From Gammaproteobacteria bacterium (GTDB taxonomy: Bacteria > Pseudomonadota > Gammaproteobacteria > UBA4575), in the NCBI GenBank assembly GCA_965222615.1, contig CBDCUI010000009.1, positions 64,001-128,000 of the forward strand: 64,000 nt of DNA. The letters run 5' to 3'. Each line of letters starts with the position of its first letter. Position 1 is the stretch's first letter. This document shows, in pieces, positions 1 through 10,700 of this stretch. The notes beneath the pieces were generated by a model. The model saw only the letters and a program-made list of their open reading frames with translations, was not told the origin of the DNA and searched no databases. The translations under genes were made by a program, and so were the position numbers.

Positions 1-3
1 CTA

Positions 4-744
4 GTGGAATTAGCGGGGGTAATTGCAGACGGTGAAAACGCCAGTGCAGACAATGTGGTCTCCGGTCTGCGTGCAGCATTTGAAAATGATCGATCGGCAG
101 CAGTAATTCTGCGTATTAATAGTCCTGGTGGCAGTCCTGTGCAGGCAAGTTACATTAATAAAGAGATTAAGCGCTTACGGGAACTTCATCCCGATAAGCC
201 TATGTATGCTGTAGTTGCGGATATCTGCGCATCGGGTGGAGTTTTTGCTGCTGTGGCGGCAGACAAAATTTACGCAGACAAGGCAAGCATAGTAGGCTCC
301 ATTGGCGTGCGCATGGATAGTTTTGGTTTTGTTGAAGCATTAGACAAGTTAGGAATAGAGCGAAGGTTAATGACGGCAGGTGAACATAAAGCATTGCTTG
401 ATCCGTTTTTACCAGAAAGTAGTTATGAGAAAAAACATGTACAAACTCTTCTAGATGAAATCCATCAACAATTTATAGATGTAGTAAAAGAGGGAAGGGG
501 AGATAAGCTTGCTAATGATCCCGCTTTATTTAGTGGATTGTTTTGGACGGGTGAGCAAGCTTTAGAGTTAGGATTGGTAGATGGGTTTGGGAGTGCTAGT
601 TATGTCGCACGCGAAGTTGTAGGTGTGGAAGATGTTAGAGACTACACTTATCGTGAAGATATCTTTCAACAATTAGCAGGAAGATTTGGTGCTGCAATCC
701 TAAGACCTTTCCGTGATGCAATTTTACATCCGGGGCTTAATTAA
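4..744 (+). CDS. sppA: S49 family signal peptide peptidase (SppA-like), 5' end probably outside the window
   Basis: LRINSPGGS, ASGG, GSIGV and WTGEQALELGLVDG motifs; ORF starts at the window edge. Confidence 0.9.
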   Translation: MELAGVIADGENASADNVVSGLRAAFENDRSAAVILRINSPGGSPVQASYINKEIKRLRELHPDKPMYAVVADICASGGVFAAVAADKIYADKASIVGSIGVRMDSFGFVEALDKLGIERRLMTAGEHKALLDPFLPESSYEKKHVQTLLDEIHQQFIDVVKEGRGDKLANDPALFSGLFWTGEQALELGLVDGFGSASYVAREVVGVEDVRDYTYREDIFQQLAGRFGAAILRPFRDAILHPGLN

Positions 745-766
745 AAGATAAAACATTAGTTGTAGG

Positions 767-1351
767 CTAGTAATTGCTTAGTATATCTACACCTTCATTA
801 TTTAACATAGTTACTAATCTTATTAATGGTAAGCCTATCAATGTATTGGGGTCATTGCCTTGCATGGCCTCAAATAGGGTGATCCCCAATCCTTCCGATT
901 TAAAACTTCCCGCACAATCATACGGCTGATCTTTATCTAAATAAGTTGTGATTTGTTGTTCGGATAAATTACGAAATTTAACTTCATAAGTTTCACAAGC
1001 TAGCTGGTGTGTATTATTAGCAGCATTGTATAGACATAGCCCTGTATAGAATTTCACATAGTTACCATTTGCAGCAGCGAGTTGCTCAAATGCTTCAGCA
1101 GGGCTAGCTGGTTTAGTGATAATTTGCTCGTCTAGTTCGCCGCATTGATCAGAGCCAATGACTAAAGCACTATCGTGCTGTTTGGCTATACATGAGGCTT
1201 TTGCCAATGCTAATCGACATACATATTCAGAGGGTAGTTCATTGACTTTTTGGGCTTCGTCAATTTGTGGAGCAATGCACTCTAAATTGGGTATTAATGG
1301 TTGTAACAAGCTTTTTCGATAAAGGGAGCTAGAGGCTAAGATAATCTTCAT
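767..1351 (-). CDS. maf: Maf family nucleotide pyrophosphatase (YceF type)
   Basis: ILASSS..RK, IGSDQ and CAGSFKSEGLG..GLPL motifs; divergent from yceD-rpmF as usual. Confidence 0.92.
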   Translation of the reverse strand: MKIILASSSLYRKSLLQPLIPNLECIAPQIDEAQKVNELPSEYVCRLALAKASCIAKQHDSALVIGSDQCGELDEQIITKPASPAEAFEQLAAANGNYVKFYTGLCLYNAANNTHQLACETYEVKFRNLSEQQITTYLDKDQPYDCAGSFKSEGLGITLFEAMQGNDPNTLIGLPLIRLVTMLNNEGVDILSNY

Positions 1352-1454
1352 AATTAATAATAAGAATAAATCAGAGCTTCAATAAGTTTAAAAGTGGTGA
1401 ACTTATTCTGCCCATTTAATATACTGCATGGAAAATTGAAGACATTATTCGATC

Positions 1455-1976
1455 ATGTCCGCTAAAGGCGCCACATTATTACCAAAGAGATTCGATCCTG
1501 AAACTTATGCTGACCAGAATCTAAAATTAACTGGCATGGTACCGGTCAAAACCATGCAGCGGCTACAAAATCTAGTTATTTCCATGCAGTCTCTGGTGGC
1601 TGTTAGTTTGCAGTTCTCTCGCAACCACTTTGGTCGTGTGACGATGACAGGGCAAATTAAACATTCGTTAGAATTGCGCTGTGAACGCTGTTTAGACCAG
1701 GTCCAAATTACCATAGATCAGTCAATCGAGGTTTTACTTCAATCCAGTACTGAGTCAGTAATTGAGAATACCGAGAAACTGGAATTTTATGAATATGACG
1801 ACAAAGGCCTTGAGTTAGCTGAGATTATTGAAGATGAGCTGCTACTGGCATTGCCATTGGTCCCTAGACATGAGGATATTTCATTATGTGACCAAGATAT
1901 GGTAGCGTGGCTCGCCTCAAACGAGGCACCTGTAGATCAGGCAGAAAACCCTTTTGCTATACTAAAGCGTCAGTAA
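1455..1976 (+). CDS. yceD: YceD/DUF177 rRNA accumulation protein
   Basis: CERCL, IEDELLLALPLVPRH and ENPFAILK; directly upstream of rpmF. Confidence 0.9.
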   Translation: MSAKGATLLPKRFDPETYADQNLKLTGMVPVKTMQRLQNLVISMQSLVAVSLQFSRNHFGRVTMTGQIKHSLELRCERCLDQVQITIDQSIEVLLQSSTESVIENTEKLEFYEYDDKGLELAEIIEDELLLALPLVPRHEDISLCDQDMVAWLASNEAPVDQAENPFAILKRQ

Positions 1977-1991
1977 GTATGGAGAATTCAC

Positions 1992-2189
1992 ATGGCGGTA
2001 CAAAAGAACAGGAAAACACGTTCAAAGAGAGACATGCGTCGTGCACATGATGCACTACCCGCTGCGACTTTATCTGTGGATGGCACTACTGGTGAGACTC
2101 ATTTACGCCACCATGTTACGCCAGATGGCTATTATCGAGGTAAGCAGGTAATAGTGAAGCCAGAAGAGTATGAAGACGACGAGGAATAG
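1992..2189 (+). CDS. rpmF: 50S ribosomal protein L32 (Cys-less form)
   Basis: [19 protein letters not shown]...[15 protein letters not shown]. Confidence 0.98.
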   Translation: MAVQKNRKTRSKRDMRRAHDALPAATLSVDGTTGETHLRHHVTPDGYYRGKQVIVKPEEYEDDEE

Positions 2190-2293
2190 TTTTTCTCGGG
2201 GGTCTTTGCATTTAAATATACTCAGACTTTTTCATCACATATATATTTAAATTCGTTTACGGTGACACATCCGTATACGCGATTGTAAAGTAA

Positions 2294-3319
2294 GTGACTA
2301 ACTATACGATTTCGCTAGATGCTATGGGTGGCGACTTCGGTGTACCCGTGGTTACTAAAGCAGCAATTAGTTATTTAGAAAATAATCACGATATTTCATT
2401 GATATTAGTTGGTGATCAGCAAGAAATTGCCTCCGAGCTCAGTAAGCAGAATGTAAAACCCTACGAAAGACTTATTGTTCATCACGCCAGTGAACGTGTA
2501 GAAATGGATGAATCTCCATCCCAGGCGCTACGTACTAAAAAAGATTCTTCTATGCGCGTTGCCATTAATTTAGTAAAAGATGGAAGTGCCGATGCCTGCG
2601 TCAGTGCTGGTAATACGGGAGCGTTAATGGCCACAGCAAGATATGTGTTGAAGACATTGCCAGGCATCGATCGACCTGCCATTACTAGCACTATTCCAGC
2701 GATTAATGGTCAAACCTATATGCTTGATTTAGGTGCAAATGTAGGTTGTACCAGTAAGCATTTATTACAGTTTGCAGTCATGGGTGCTGTGCTTGCAACT
2801 GCGGTTGACGAAATAGACAATCCTAAGGTGGGTCTATTGAATATTGGTGAAGAAGAAATTAAAGGTAATGAACAAGTTAAAGAAGCTAATGAGGTACTAC
2901 GCCAAAGTGGTTTAAACTATGTTGGTTATGTAGAAGGTGATGGAATTTATTGTGGCGACGTAAATGTAGTCGTTTGTGATGGTTTCGTTGGAAATGTTGC
3001 ACTTAAAACCAGCGAAGGGGTAGCAAAAATTATTTCGCATTATATAAAAGAAGAGTTTAATCGAAATATTTTAACTAAGTTAAGAGGTTTTTTGGCGCTA
3101 CCCGTTTTAAAGGCTTTTAGGCAACGTATCGATCCGCGACGTTATAATGGAGCAAGTTTGTTAGGCTTGCGCGGTGTAGTAATTAAAAGTCATGGTGGTG
3201 CAGATGCTTATTCATTCCAACATGCCATTAATATTGCGAGAATTGAAGCCATCAAACAGGTACCTAAGCAAATCGATGCAAGAATAGCAGAGTATTTAAA
3301 ACACGAAAGCGCGGCATGA
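2294..3319 (+). CDS. plsX: Phosphate acyltransferase PlsX
   Basis: [20 protein letters not shown] and KSHG motifs; rpmF-plsX-fabH synteny. Confidence 0.97.
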   Translation: MTNYTISLDAMGGDFGVPVVTKAAISYLENNHDISLILVGDQQEIASELSKQNVKPYERLIVHHASERVEMDESPSQALRTKKDSSMRVAINLVKDGSADACVSAGNTGALMATARYVLKTLPGIDRPAITSTIPAINGQTYMLDLGANVGCTSKHLLQFAVMGAVLATAVDEIDNPKVGLLNIGEEEIKGNEQVKEANEVLRQSGLNYVGYVEGDGIYCGDVNVVVCDGFVGNVALKTSEGVAKIISHYIKEEFNRNILTKLRGFLALPVLKAFRQRIDPRRYNGASLLGLRGVVIKSHGGADAYSFQHAINIARIEAIKQVPKQIDARIAEYLKHESAA

Positions 3320-4296
3320 CCCAAGAAATGAACTACTCAAAAATAATAGGTACGGGGGGTTATTTGCCAGACAAAGTTCTGACAAATAAAGATTTGGAAA
3401 AAAGAGTAAATACTTCTGATAAGTGGATTCAAGAGCGTACAGGTATTAAACAACGACACATTGCTGCAGATGGAGAGACTACTTGTGATTTAGCGGTTAA
3501 TGCGTCGCGCCGTGCTTTAGAGATGGCCAATAAAACCCATGATGATATCGATCTCATTGTAGTTGCGACCACCACAGCAGATAAGATTTTTCCTAGTACA
3601 GCTTGTTTATTGCAAAAGCGACTCGATATACATGGCTGTGCAGCCTTTGATGTGCAGGCTGTGTGTACAGGATTTGTGTATGCCTTATCAATTGCCGATA
3701 AGTTTATTCGCACTGACTCTGCTAAATGTGCATTAGTAGTAGGTTCAGAAACATTGTCACGAATTTTAGACTGGAGTGACCGCAGTACCTGTGTGTTGTT
3801 TGGAGATGGAGCGGGTGCCGTTGTGTTGGAGGCCGCAAATAAACCTGGAATTCTTTCCACTCACTTGCATGCCGATGGAAGTTATGAGCACTTATTACAT
3901 GTACCGCATGGAATCTCAATGGGCTATGAACAACTCAAGGCCGGAGAAGCCTATGTGTACATGGAAGGCAATGCAGTATTTAAAATGGCAGTGAATACAC
4001 TTGGGCGCATTGTAGATGAGACACTTGAGGCCAATAGTATTAAAAAAAGTGATGTCGATTGGTTGGTACCCCATCAAGCCAACAACCGCATTATTGAAGC
4101 GACGGCACGCAAACTAAAAATGTCAATGGATCAAGTAGTGGTAACAGTTGCAGAACATGGCAACACCTCTGCTGCATCGATTCCACTGGCTTTGGATGTT
4201 GCCGTTCGTGATGGACGCATTAAAAAAGGTGAAATGCTTATGCTTGAGGCCTTTGGGGGTGGTTTCACGTGGGGTTCTGCCTTACTTAATTACTAG
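3316..4296 (+). CDS. fabH: Beta-ketoacyl-ACP synthase III
   Basis: Catalytic triad motifs AVCTGF, PHQAN and GNTSAAS; GGGFTWG. Confidence 0.97.
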   Translation: MTQEMNYSKIIGTGGYLPDKVLTNKDLEKRVNTSDKWIQERTGIKQRHIAADGETTCDLAVNASRRALEMANKTHDDIDLIVVATTTADKIFPSTACLLQKRLDIHGCAAFDVQAVCTGFVYALSIADKFIRTDSAKCALVVGSETLSRILDWSDRSTCVLFGDGAGAVVLEAANKPGILSTHLHADGSYEHLLHVPHGISMGYEQLKAGEAYVYMEGNAVFKMAVNTLGRIVDETLEANSIKKSDVDWLVPHQANNRIIEATARKLKMSMDQVVVTVAEHGNTSAASIPLALDVAVRDGRIKKGEMLMLEAFGGGFTWGSALLNY

Positions 4297-4321
4297 ATTG
4301 CAAAGTATTATCAATCTTTAG

Positions 4322-4972
4322 GTGGCTACAGCTCACGCATCAATCTTTAAAGAGAATTGTACGAAGTGTTCTCGTCTAGCTAAATTCTTAATATCTAGTA
4401 AAAAAAAATTCCCTACTTATCATTGTAAACCGGTTGCGGCATTTGGAGATCCCAATGCAAAGCTATTGATTGTTGGTCTTGCCCCTGGTTTACATGGTGC
4501 CAATGCATCGGGAAGACCGTTCACAGGCGATTTTGCCGGAGTTTTATTATATGAAACTCTGCATAAATTTAATTTTGCCTCCCATCCAGTATCAAAAAAC
4601 CGAAGCGATGGATTAAAACTCATCAATTGTAGAATTACCAATGCCGTAAAGTGCGTACCACCTGCGAATAAACCTACCACGGATGAAATTAAGACTTGCA
4701 ATACCTATTTACAAAATGAATTACATTCGCTAACGCCAGGTTGTGTAATTTTAGCTTTAGGTAAAATTGCACACGACTCTGTCTTACGTGCCTTTGATTT
4801 AAAACTAGGCGCATATGCTTTTGGACATGGCAATCTATATACATTGCAAAATGGTACTCACTTATTGGACTCATATCACTGTAGTCGCTACAACACCCAA
4901 ACCAAACGGCTTACAACACAGCAATTTGAAGCGATCTTTGAACAGGCTAAAACTATTCTAAATGACAGTTGA
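4322..4972 (+). CDS. Uracil-DNA glycosylase, family 5 (UdgB-like, Fe-S)
   Basis: CxxC at the N-terminus, GLAPGLHGANASGRPFTGD, NAVKCVPPANKP..EIKTC and YHCSRYNT. Confidence 0.9.
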   Translation: MATAHASIFKENCTKCSRLAKFLISSKKKFPTYHCKPVAAFGDPNAKLLIVGLAPGLHGANASGRPFTGDFAGVLLYETLHKFNFASHPVSKNRSDGLKLINCRITNAVKCVPPANKPTTDEIKTCNTYLQNELHSLTPGCVILALGKIAHDSVLRAFDLKLGAYAFGHGNLYTLQNGTHLLDSYHCSRYNTQTKRLTTQQFEAIFEQAKTILNDS

Positions 4973-4978
4973 TTTGCT

Positions 4979-6811
4979 ATGAATAGCGCTAATCAAGAAT
5001 TTGATTTTAAGCAATTTGTACAAACGCTTACCCATGATCCTGGTGTCTACCGCATGTTGAATGCAGAAGGAAAGTTACTCTATGTAGGTAAAGCAAAAAG
5101 TTTAAAGAAGCGAGTGGCTAGCTATTTTTCAAAGAGTCAAGCGAGCCCACGTATTGCAAAAATGGTGGGACAGACAACAAGCGTTGAGATCACCATTACC
5201 AATACCGAAGCCGAGGCATTGTTACTTGAAAATAACTTAATCAAAGAACATCGTCCGCGTTATAACATTCTGTTAAGAGACGATAAAAGCTATCCCTATA
5301 TCTTTATCTCCTCAAAACACAAATATCCACAGATTACATTTCACCGTGGCAATCGCAGTAAATCTGGCCGCTACTTTGGTCCCTATACCAGTGTGGGGGC
5401 AGCCAGAAATGCGCTTAGTTTATTGCAAAAAGTTTTTAAAGTACGCCAATGTGATGATTATTTTTTTAATCACCGCAGTCGACCTTGTTTGCAACACCAG
5501 ATTGATCGCTGCAGTGCACCTTGTGTGGGTTTAATTGATGAAGAGAGTTATCGAAACGATATGGAATCAGCGATTGAATTCTTAGAAGGCAATAGTCAGC
5601 AACTAATTCAACGCTATGTAAAAGACATGGACGCTGCATCTAGCAATATGGATTACGAGCTGGCCGCTCAATATCGCGACAAAATTGAAATGTTGCGTAA
5701 AGTTTCTGAGCAGCAATATGTCAGTGCAGAAGATGGCAATGTAGACATTATTGCCGTGCAATGTGAAGGTGAAGTGGCTTGTGTTCAAGTATTTAACATC
5801 CGTGCCGGTATGAATTTAGGCAATAAAAGCTACTTTCCAAATTTACCGGAACCTACTTCAGCCGAAAAAACACTAGCCGCCTTTATTGGGCAATATTATT
5901 TATCCCATGCCATACCAGAAGAACTTATTACCAGTCATAAACCAGATGATTTTGCACTCATACAAGAAATGCTCAGCCACAGGGCAGGTAAAAGTGTTGT
6001 TATCAGATACTCACCACGCAGTAAACGTGCTCGTTGGTTAGAAATTGCAATAAAAAACGTTACCGCAGCCCTACAGAGTAAGCTGGCTAGCAAAGCAAGC
6101 TTAGAACAACGTTTTGAAGCGCTACAAGAAGAACTGGCCTTAGATTTTTTACCCACACGACTCGAATGTTTTGATGTCAGCCACACGAGTGGTGAAGCCA
6201 CGGTAGCATCATGCGTTGTGTTTGAACAAGAAGGGCCAGTAAAAAACGATTACCGCCGCTTTAATATCGAAAACATTAAAGCAGGTGACGACTATGCAGC
6301 AATGCAGCAAGCTCTTACACGACGCTACACAAGACTTAAAAAAGGTGAAGGAATATTACCTGATATTTTGTTCATTGATGGGGGCAAGGGGCAGGTAAAT
6401 AAGGCGAAAGAGGTCATCGATGAACTGCAAGTAGAAGGCGTTACCATCATCGGCATTGCAAAAGGGCTAGAAAGAAAAGCTGGTTATGAAACATTAGTGT
6501 TTACCGATGCAAGAGATAATATCAATTTAGCCGAACACTCCTTGGCGATGCATCTGATTCAACAAATACGCGATGAGGCACATCGTTTTGCCATTACCAG
6601 CCATCGCAAACGCCGTGCCAAAAGTCGAACCAGCTCACCACTTGAAAATATTGAGGGCTTAGGGCCGAAGCGTAGGCAAAATTTACTAAAGTATTTTGGC
6701 GGAATGAGAGGCGTCACCGATGCTGGGGAAGAGGAGCTTGCAAAAGTACCTGGTATTAGCAAGAATCTTGCAAAAGTCATTTACCAAGAATTGCATGCCA
6801 CGAGTAGTTAA
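4979..6811 (+). CDS. uvrC: Excinuclease ABC subunit C
   Basis: GIY-YIG motif PGVYRM..YVGKAK, ECFDVSH, IDGGKGQ, RDEAHRFA and C-terminal HhH. Confidence 0.98.
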   Translation: MNSANQEFDFKQFVQTLTHDPGVYRMLNAEGKLLYVGKAKSLKKRVASYFSKSQASPRIAKMVGQTTSVEITITNTEAEALLLENNLIKEHRPRYNILLRDDKSYPYIFISSKHKYPQITFHRGNRSKSGRYFGPYTSVGAARNALSLLQKVFKVRQCDDYFFNHRSRPCLQHQIDRCSAPCVGLIDEESYRNDMESAIEFLEGNSQQLIQRYVKDMDAASSNMDYELAAQYRDKIEMLRKVSEQQYVSAEDGNVDIIAVQCEGEVACVQVFNIRAGMNLGNKSYFPNLPEPTSAEKTLAAFIGQYYLSHAIPEELITSHKPDDFALIQEMLSHRAGKSVVIRYSPRSKRARWLEIAIKNVTAALQSKLASKASLEQRFEALQEELALDFLPTRLECFDVSHTSGEATVASCVVFEQEGPVKNDYRRFNIENIKAGDDYAAMQQALTRRYTRLKKGEGILPDILFIDGGKGQVNKAKEVIDELQVEGVTIIGIAKGLERKAGYETLVFTDARDNINLAEHSLAMHLIQQIRDEAHRFAITSHRKRRAKSRTSSPLENIEGLGPKRRQNLLKYFGGMRGVTDAGEEELAKVPGISKNLAKVIYQELHATSS

Positions 6812-6817
6812 TGCGTT

Positions 6818-7372
6818 GTGACATATAATATTCCTAACATCCTGACCTTTATAAGGATATTGATCATTCCATTATTGGTGTTGGTATACTATTTTCCACC
6901 CAATCGTTATGGCATGCCGGCTGCAGCATTGCTTTTTGGCATAGCGGGATTTACCGATTGGCTAGATGGCTATCTAGCCCGCAAGTTGAATCAAACTTCA
7001 AAATTAGGCGCTTTTTTAGATCCGATCGCCGACAAACTTATCGTGGTTACCGTATTGATCATGATCGTCGATGAATACGGCAAGCTATCTATTTTAATTC
7101 CAGCACTCATTATAATAGGCAGAGAAATAGCGGTTTCAGGATTACGCGAATGGATGTCCGAGCTTGGCTATCGGGACTCAGTATCTGTTTCCATGCTAGG
7201 TAAGATAAAGACCACGGCCCAGATGATTGCACTATTTTTATTGCTGTATTACTACCCAATTTTTGGATTACCGACATTTCAAATAGGCGTATGGCTGCTA
7301 TATATCGCTGCGGCCCTTACACTTTGGTCGATGTTGGTCTATATAAATCGTGCCATTAAAGCCAATAGTTGA
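6818..7372 (+). CDS. pgsA: CDP-diacylglycerol--glycerol-3-phosphate 3-phosphatidyltransferase
   Basis: TDWLDGYLAR..GAFLDPIADK; uvrC-pgsA-tRNA-Gly synteny. Confidence 0.97.
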   Translation: MTYNIPNILTFIRILIIPLLVLVYYFPPNRYGMPAAALLFGIAGFTDWLDGYLARKLNQTSKLGAFLDPIADKLIVVTVLIMIVDEYGKLSILIPALIIIGREIAVSGLREWMSELGYRDSVSVSMLGKIKTTAQMIALFLLLYYYPIFGLPTFQIGVWLLYIAAALTLWSMLVYINRAIKANS

Positions 7373-7393
7373 TGATATATATAAGAGTATTGA

Positions 7394-7421
7394 TTGACTC
7401 ATTACAGCCGATCAATAGAAT
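7394..7421 (+). promoter_or_regulatory. sigma-70 promoter of the host tRNA-Gly locus
   Basis: TTGACT-N16-TAGAAT, 10 nt upstream of the tRNA 5' fragment. Confidence 0.7.
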
Positions 7422-7428
7422 ATAAGTC

Positions 7429-7469
7429 TATGCGGGAATAGCTCAGCTGGTAGAGCGCAACCTTGCCAA
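7429..7469 (+). repeat. attL: TAT plus the 5' 38 nt of tRNA-Gly(GCC) (truncated tRNA)
   Basis: 41-bp direct repeat of 23065-23105 with one mismatch (C7447 vs T23083); ends just after the GCC anticodon loop. Confidence 0.95.
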
Positions 7470-7693
7470 TATTAAACTTCCTTTTTTAGCTCTAATATAA
7501 ACAAGAGCTTACATCACACAGTTACAGCCTTACCTTCAAAAATTGTGTATTAATCGACGCAAATAAACGGTAGTTTGGCACAAAATGTCACAGTTTTTGG
7601 AGCGCAACACTTTTTGTGTCGAGCGCTTTTGATGGCCAATATATGTGACAGTTTCAGACACTATTATCAATCATTACAGGTTTCTAACTTTAG

Positions 7694-7749
7694 TTGCATT
7701 TTATATCCGTATTTGTATAAAATATGATTTATATCAATACCGATATAAA
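7694..7749 (+). promoter_or_regulatory. Promoter with tandem palindromic operators upstream of the HTH-STAND gene
   Basis: TTGCAT..TATAAA overlapped by TTTATATC-N6-TGTATAAA (7700-7721) and followed by TTTATATC-N6-GATATAAA (7728-7749). Confidence 0.6.
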
Positions 7750-7782
7750 TTAAACATTCCGCAATGAGTTAGCAATTCATAT

Positions 7783-10700
7783 ATGAGTGACAATTTAGAA
7801 GCTACCGAGTTATCAAACGACATTCGCGAAAGGGCAGAGCTTATTGTCACTTTGCAAGAATACCTGGTGGGACAGCCAGGAACGCAAGCTGATAAAGCCA
7901 AGCAACTTGGTATAACTCAACCGAGGCTAAATGCTTTACTTAAAAACAAAGTAGAAAAGTTTAGTTTGGATGCACTCGTAAATATCGCAGCGAAAGCTGG
8001 TGTTCGAGTAAATTTACAGTTGCAAAGGATTGCTAAACCACTTAAATCGCCACCTACAATTCTCAATACATTCCAAGTTGGCCCTTTCTTTTCTCCAATG
8101 CCCGATGAATTGGGTTATTTGGATTCGACTCAATCTTCTAAAGTATTTCTAAATCTTTTACGTTGCGATGTAACTAGTGCAGGTATTAGTCCGTCAAACA
8201 TCGTGTTTTCGCTTAACACTACTACAAAAGACGGAGGTATTGACGCAAAGGTAGAAGTTGAATGTGCATCAAGCTCATTTCTTGATAATGGTAATGTTCA
8301 TTTCCAAGTTAAAAGCGGATCAAGTTTCAAGCCGTGGTATGCAAGCTGTCTTAAAAGAGAATTGTTTGGAAAATCTAATGCTCGCCCATCAAAAAAAGCT
8401 TTAGGAGATGCGGTTAAACATTGCCTTGATAATGGACACACATATTGTTTGGTTACGTTTGGGCATGATTTGCTACCAAAGGAACATACTAAAACTATAA
8501 ATTACTTAATAGAATATTTTCAGGCATGCGGTTATCGAAATCCCAAAGTTAAAGTTCTTGGTCAAGGTCAACTTATAGGTGAGATAGAAAAATACCCATC
8601 ACTTTGTCTCGAATTAAAAGGTTTATCGGTTGATGGGGCGCAGCCAATAGAATACTGGAAAAACAATGCTCAAATGCAGCTCCCATTATTTAAGGGAGAG
8701 CCGCAAAATAAATTTATTGATGAGATTCAAGACTTGATACGTAGTAATTCTGTTCAGCATATCAGAGTTATAGGTGAGCCAGGGATTGGCAAAACACGAC
8801 TTATTCTTGAGTCCGTGTCGGATCAATTTATTGCACCCACAGTTGTTTACATTAGTTCCGGAGAAGAATTTCAAAAAAGTAAATTGTTTAAAGAAATACT
8901 TAGAGTAGATAGAAACTTCTCCGCTACGTTAGTAATAGATGATTGTGATTCTCGCGATAGGACATCTATTTGGTCAGCTCTAAAAGGTAATTCCCGAATT
9001 AAATTGATAACAATTGATCATGGTCCCGAAGACAGTGATGACAGCAGTATGAAAACGATTCATTGTCCGTTGCTACCAAATGAGCAAATTGAAGAAATAT
9101 TAGCTAGCTATTTAGACAAAAAATATGACTTGCGTAATTGGGCAGAAATGTGTGACGGATCTCCTAGAGTAGCTCATGCAGTAGGAGAAAATTTAGCTAA
9201 GAATTCAAGTGATGTTTTAAAAACACCAGCTGATGTTCCAATCTGGGAAAGATTTATCATTGGACACAAACCGATTAATAGCGTTGATGCAGAACAATAT
9301 CGCATAGTTTTGCGTCACCTAGCGTTGTTTCAAAAATTTGGATTTGAGAATCCAGTTGATGAAGAAGCGCGCCACATCTGTACTCTTGTCCAAAAAGTTG
9401 ATTCGTCTATTAGTTGGGGAAAGTTCCAGACTATTGTCTTGCACTATAAAAATAAACGAATACTTCAAGGAAATACTACGTTGTATTTTGTCCCAAAAGC
9501 ATTGCATATTCATCTCTGGGTCGATTATTGGGAACAACATGGAAGAGGTTTTAAATTTCAAGACATATATGAGGAATTGCCCAGCGGCTTAAGGAACTGG
9601 TTTTTGCAGTTATTTATTTATGCTCACGATGTTGAGCCCGCAAAAAAAGTTGTAAAGAATATTTTATCCGAAGATGGGCCATTTTCAGATGTTAGCTTCT
9701 TTAAATCTAAGACTGGGTTGAAATTTATAAGTGTGTTAGCAGAGGCTGATCCTGCTTCTACATTAAGATTGATAGAAAGAACACTAGAAGAGTGGAGTCA
9801 TGAGGACATATATAAGCTTAATGAGGGGCGCCAGTACCTTGTATGGGCTTTGGAAAAAATATCTGTATGGAAAAATTTATTTGCTCGTAGTGTAGATGTA
9901 TTAACAAGGTTAGCACTCGCAGAGAATTCAAATTACGGCAATAATTCAACAGGGATATTACTAAGTCTATTTCAAATTGGACGAGGTTGGGCGCCAACGC
10001 AAGCACCCCCTGAAATGAGATTTCCCATTTTGCAAGAGTTTGTGAGGAGTGAAGATTCAGCAAAAAGAGAGTTAGGATTCAAAATGTGTGAAACATGGCT
10101 GGACACACATGGGGGAATGAGAACTATAGGTTCTGAGTATCAAGGTATACGGCCAACAATTAAATTCTGGGCGCCGAAAGTATGGGGGGAAATATTTGAT
10201 TGTTGGCGAGACGTACTGAAATTTCTATTTGATGAGATGAAAGGATTTGATATTGAAAACAAAAACAAAGCTGCGAATGTTTTAGTGCATGCTGCATTTG
10301 ACTTAATTGACACCAATGCGGTTACTGATCAAATCCATGACATATTATTTGAACTTGCAAATGATGAAGATATAAGCAAAAAGGGACTCACTAATTTTGT
10401 AATTAGGATGCTTAATAGACGAGATAGAAAACTAGAGTCTAGCCTATTAGAAAAAATAAATGAGCTAGACAATATGCTAACTGGTACCTCATTGATAGAT
10501 AGAATTACAAGATTTGTATTAAATACAAATTGGGAAGAGCACTATGGGATAAATGATGGAGATAATAGTGAATCAGATAGGCGAGTAAATGAGTTAGCAA
10601 AAGAATACATGGCTGATACTGAGCATTTCGATAAATATGCATTAAGCCTATTAAAAGCATCTGGACTTAAATTGCCACAATTCGCATATGAATGTGGAAA

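Noticed and set aside
7432-7469. Second functional tRNA-Gly
   Set aside because: Stops after the anticodon loop, with no T-arm or acceptor 3' strand; it is the att duplicate
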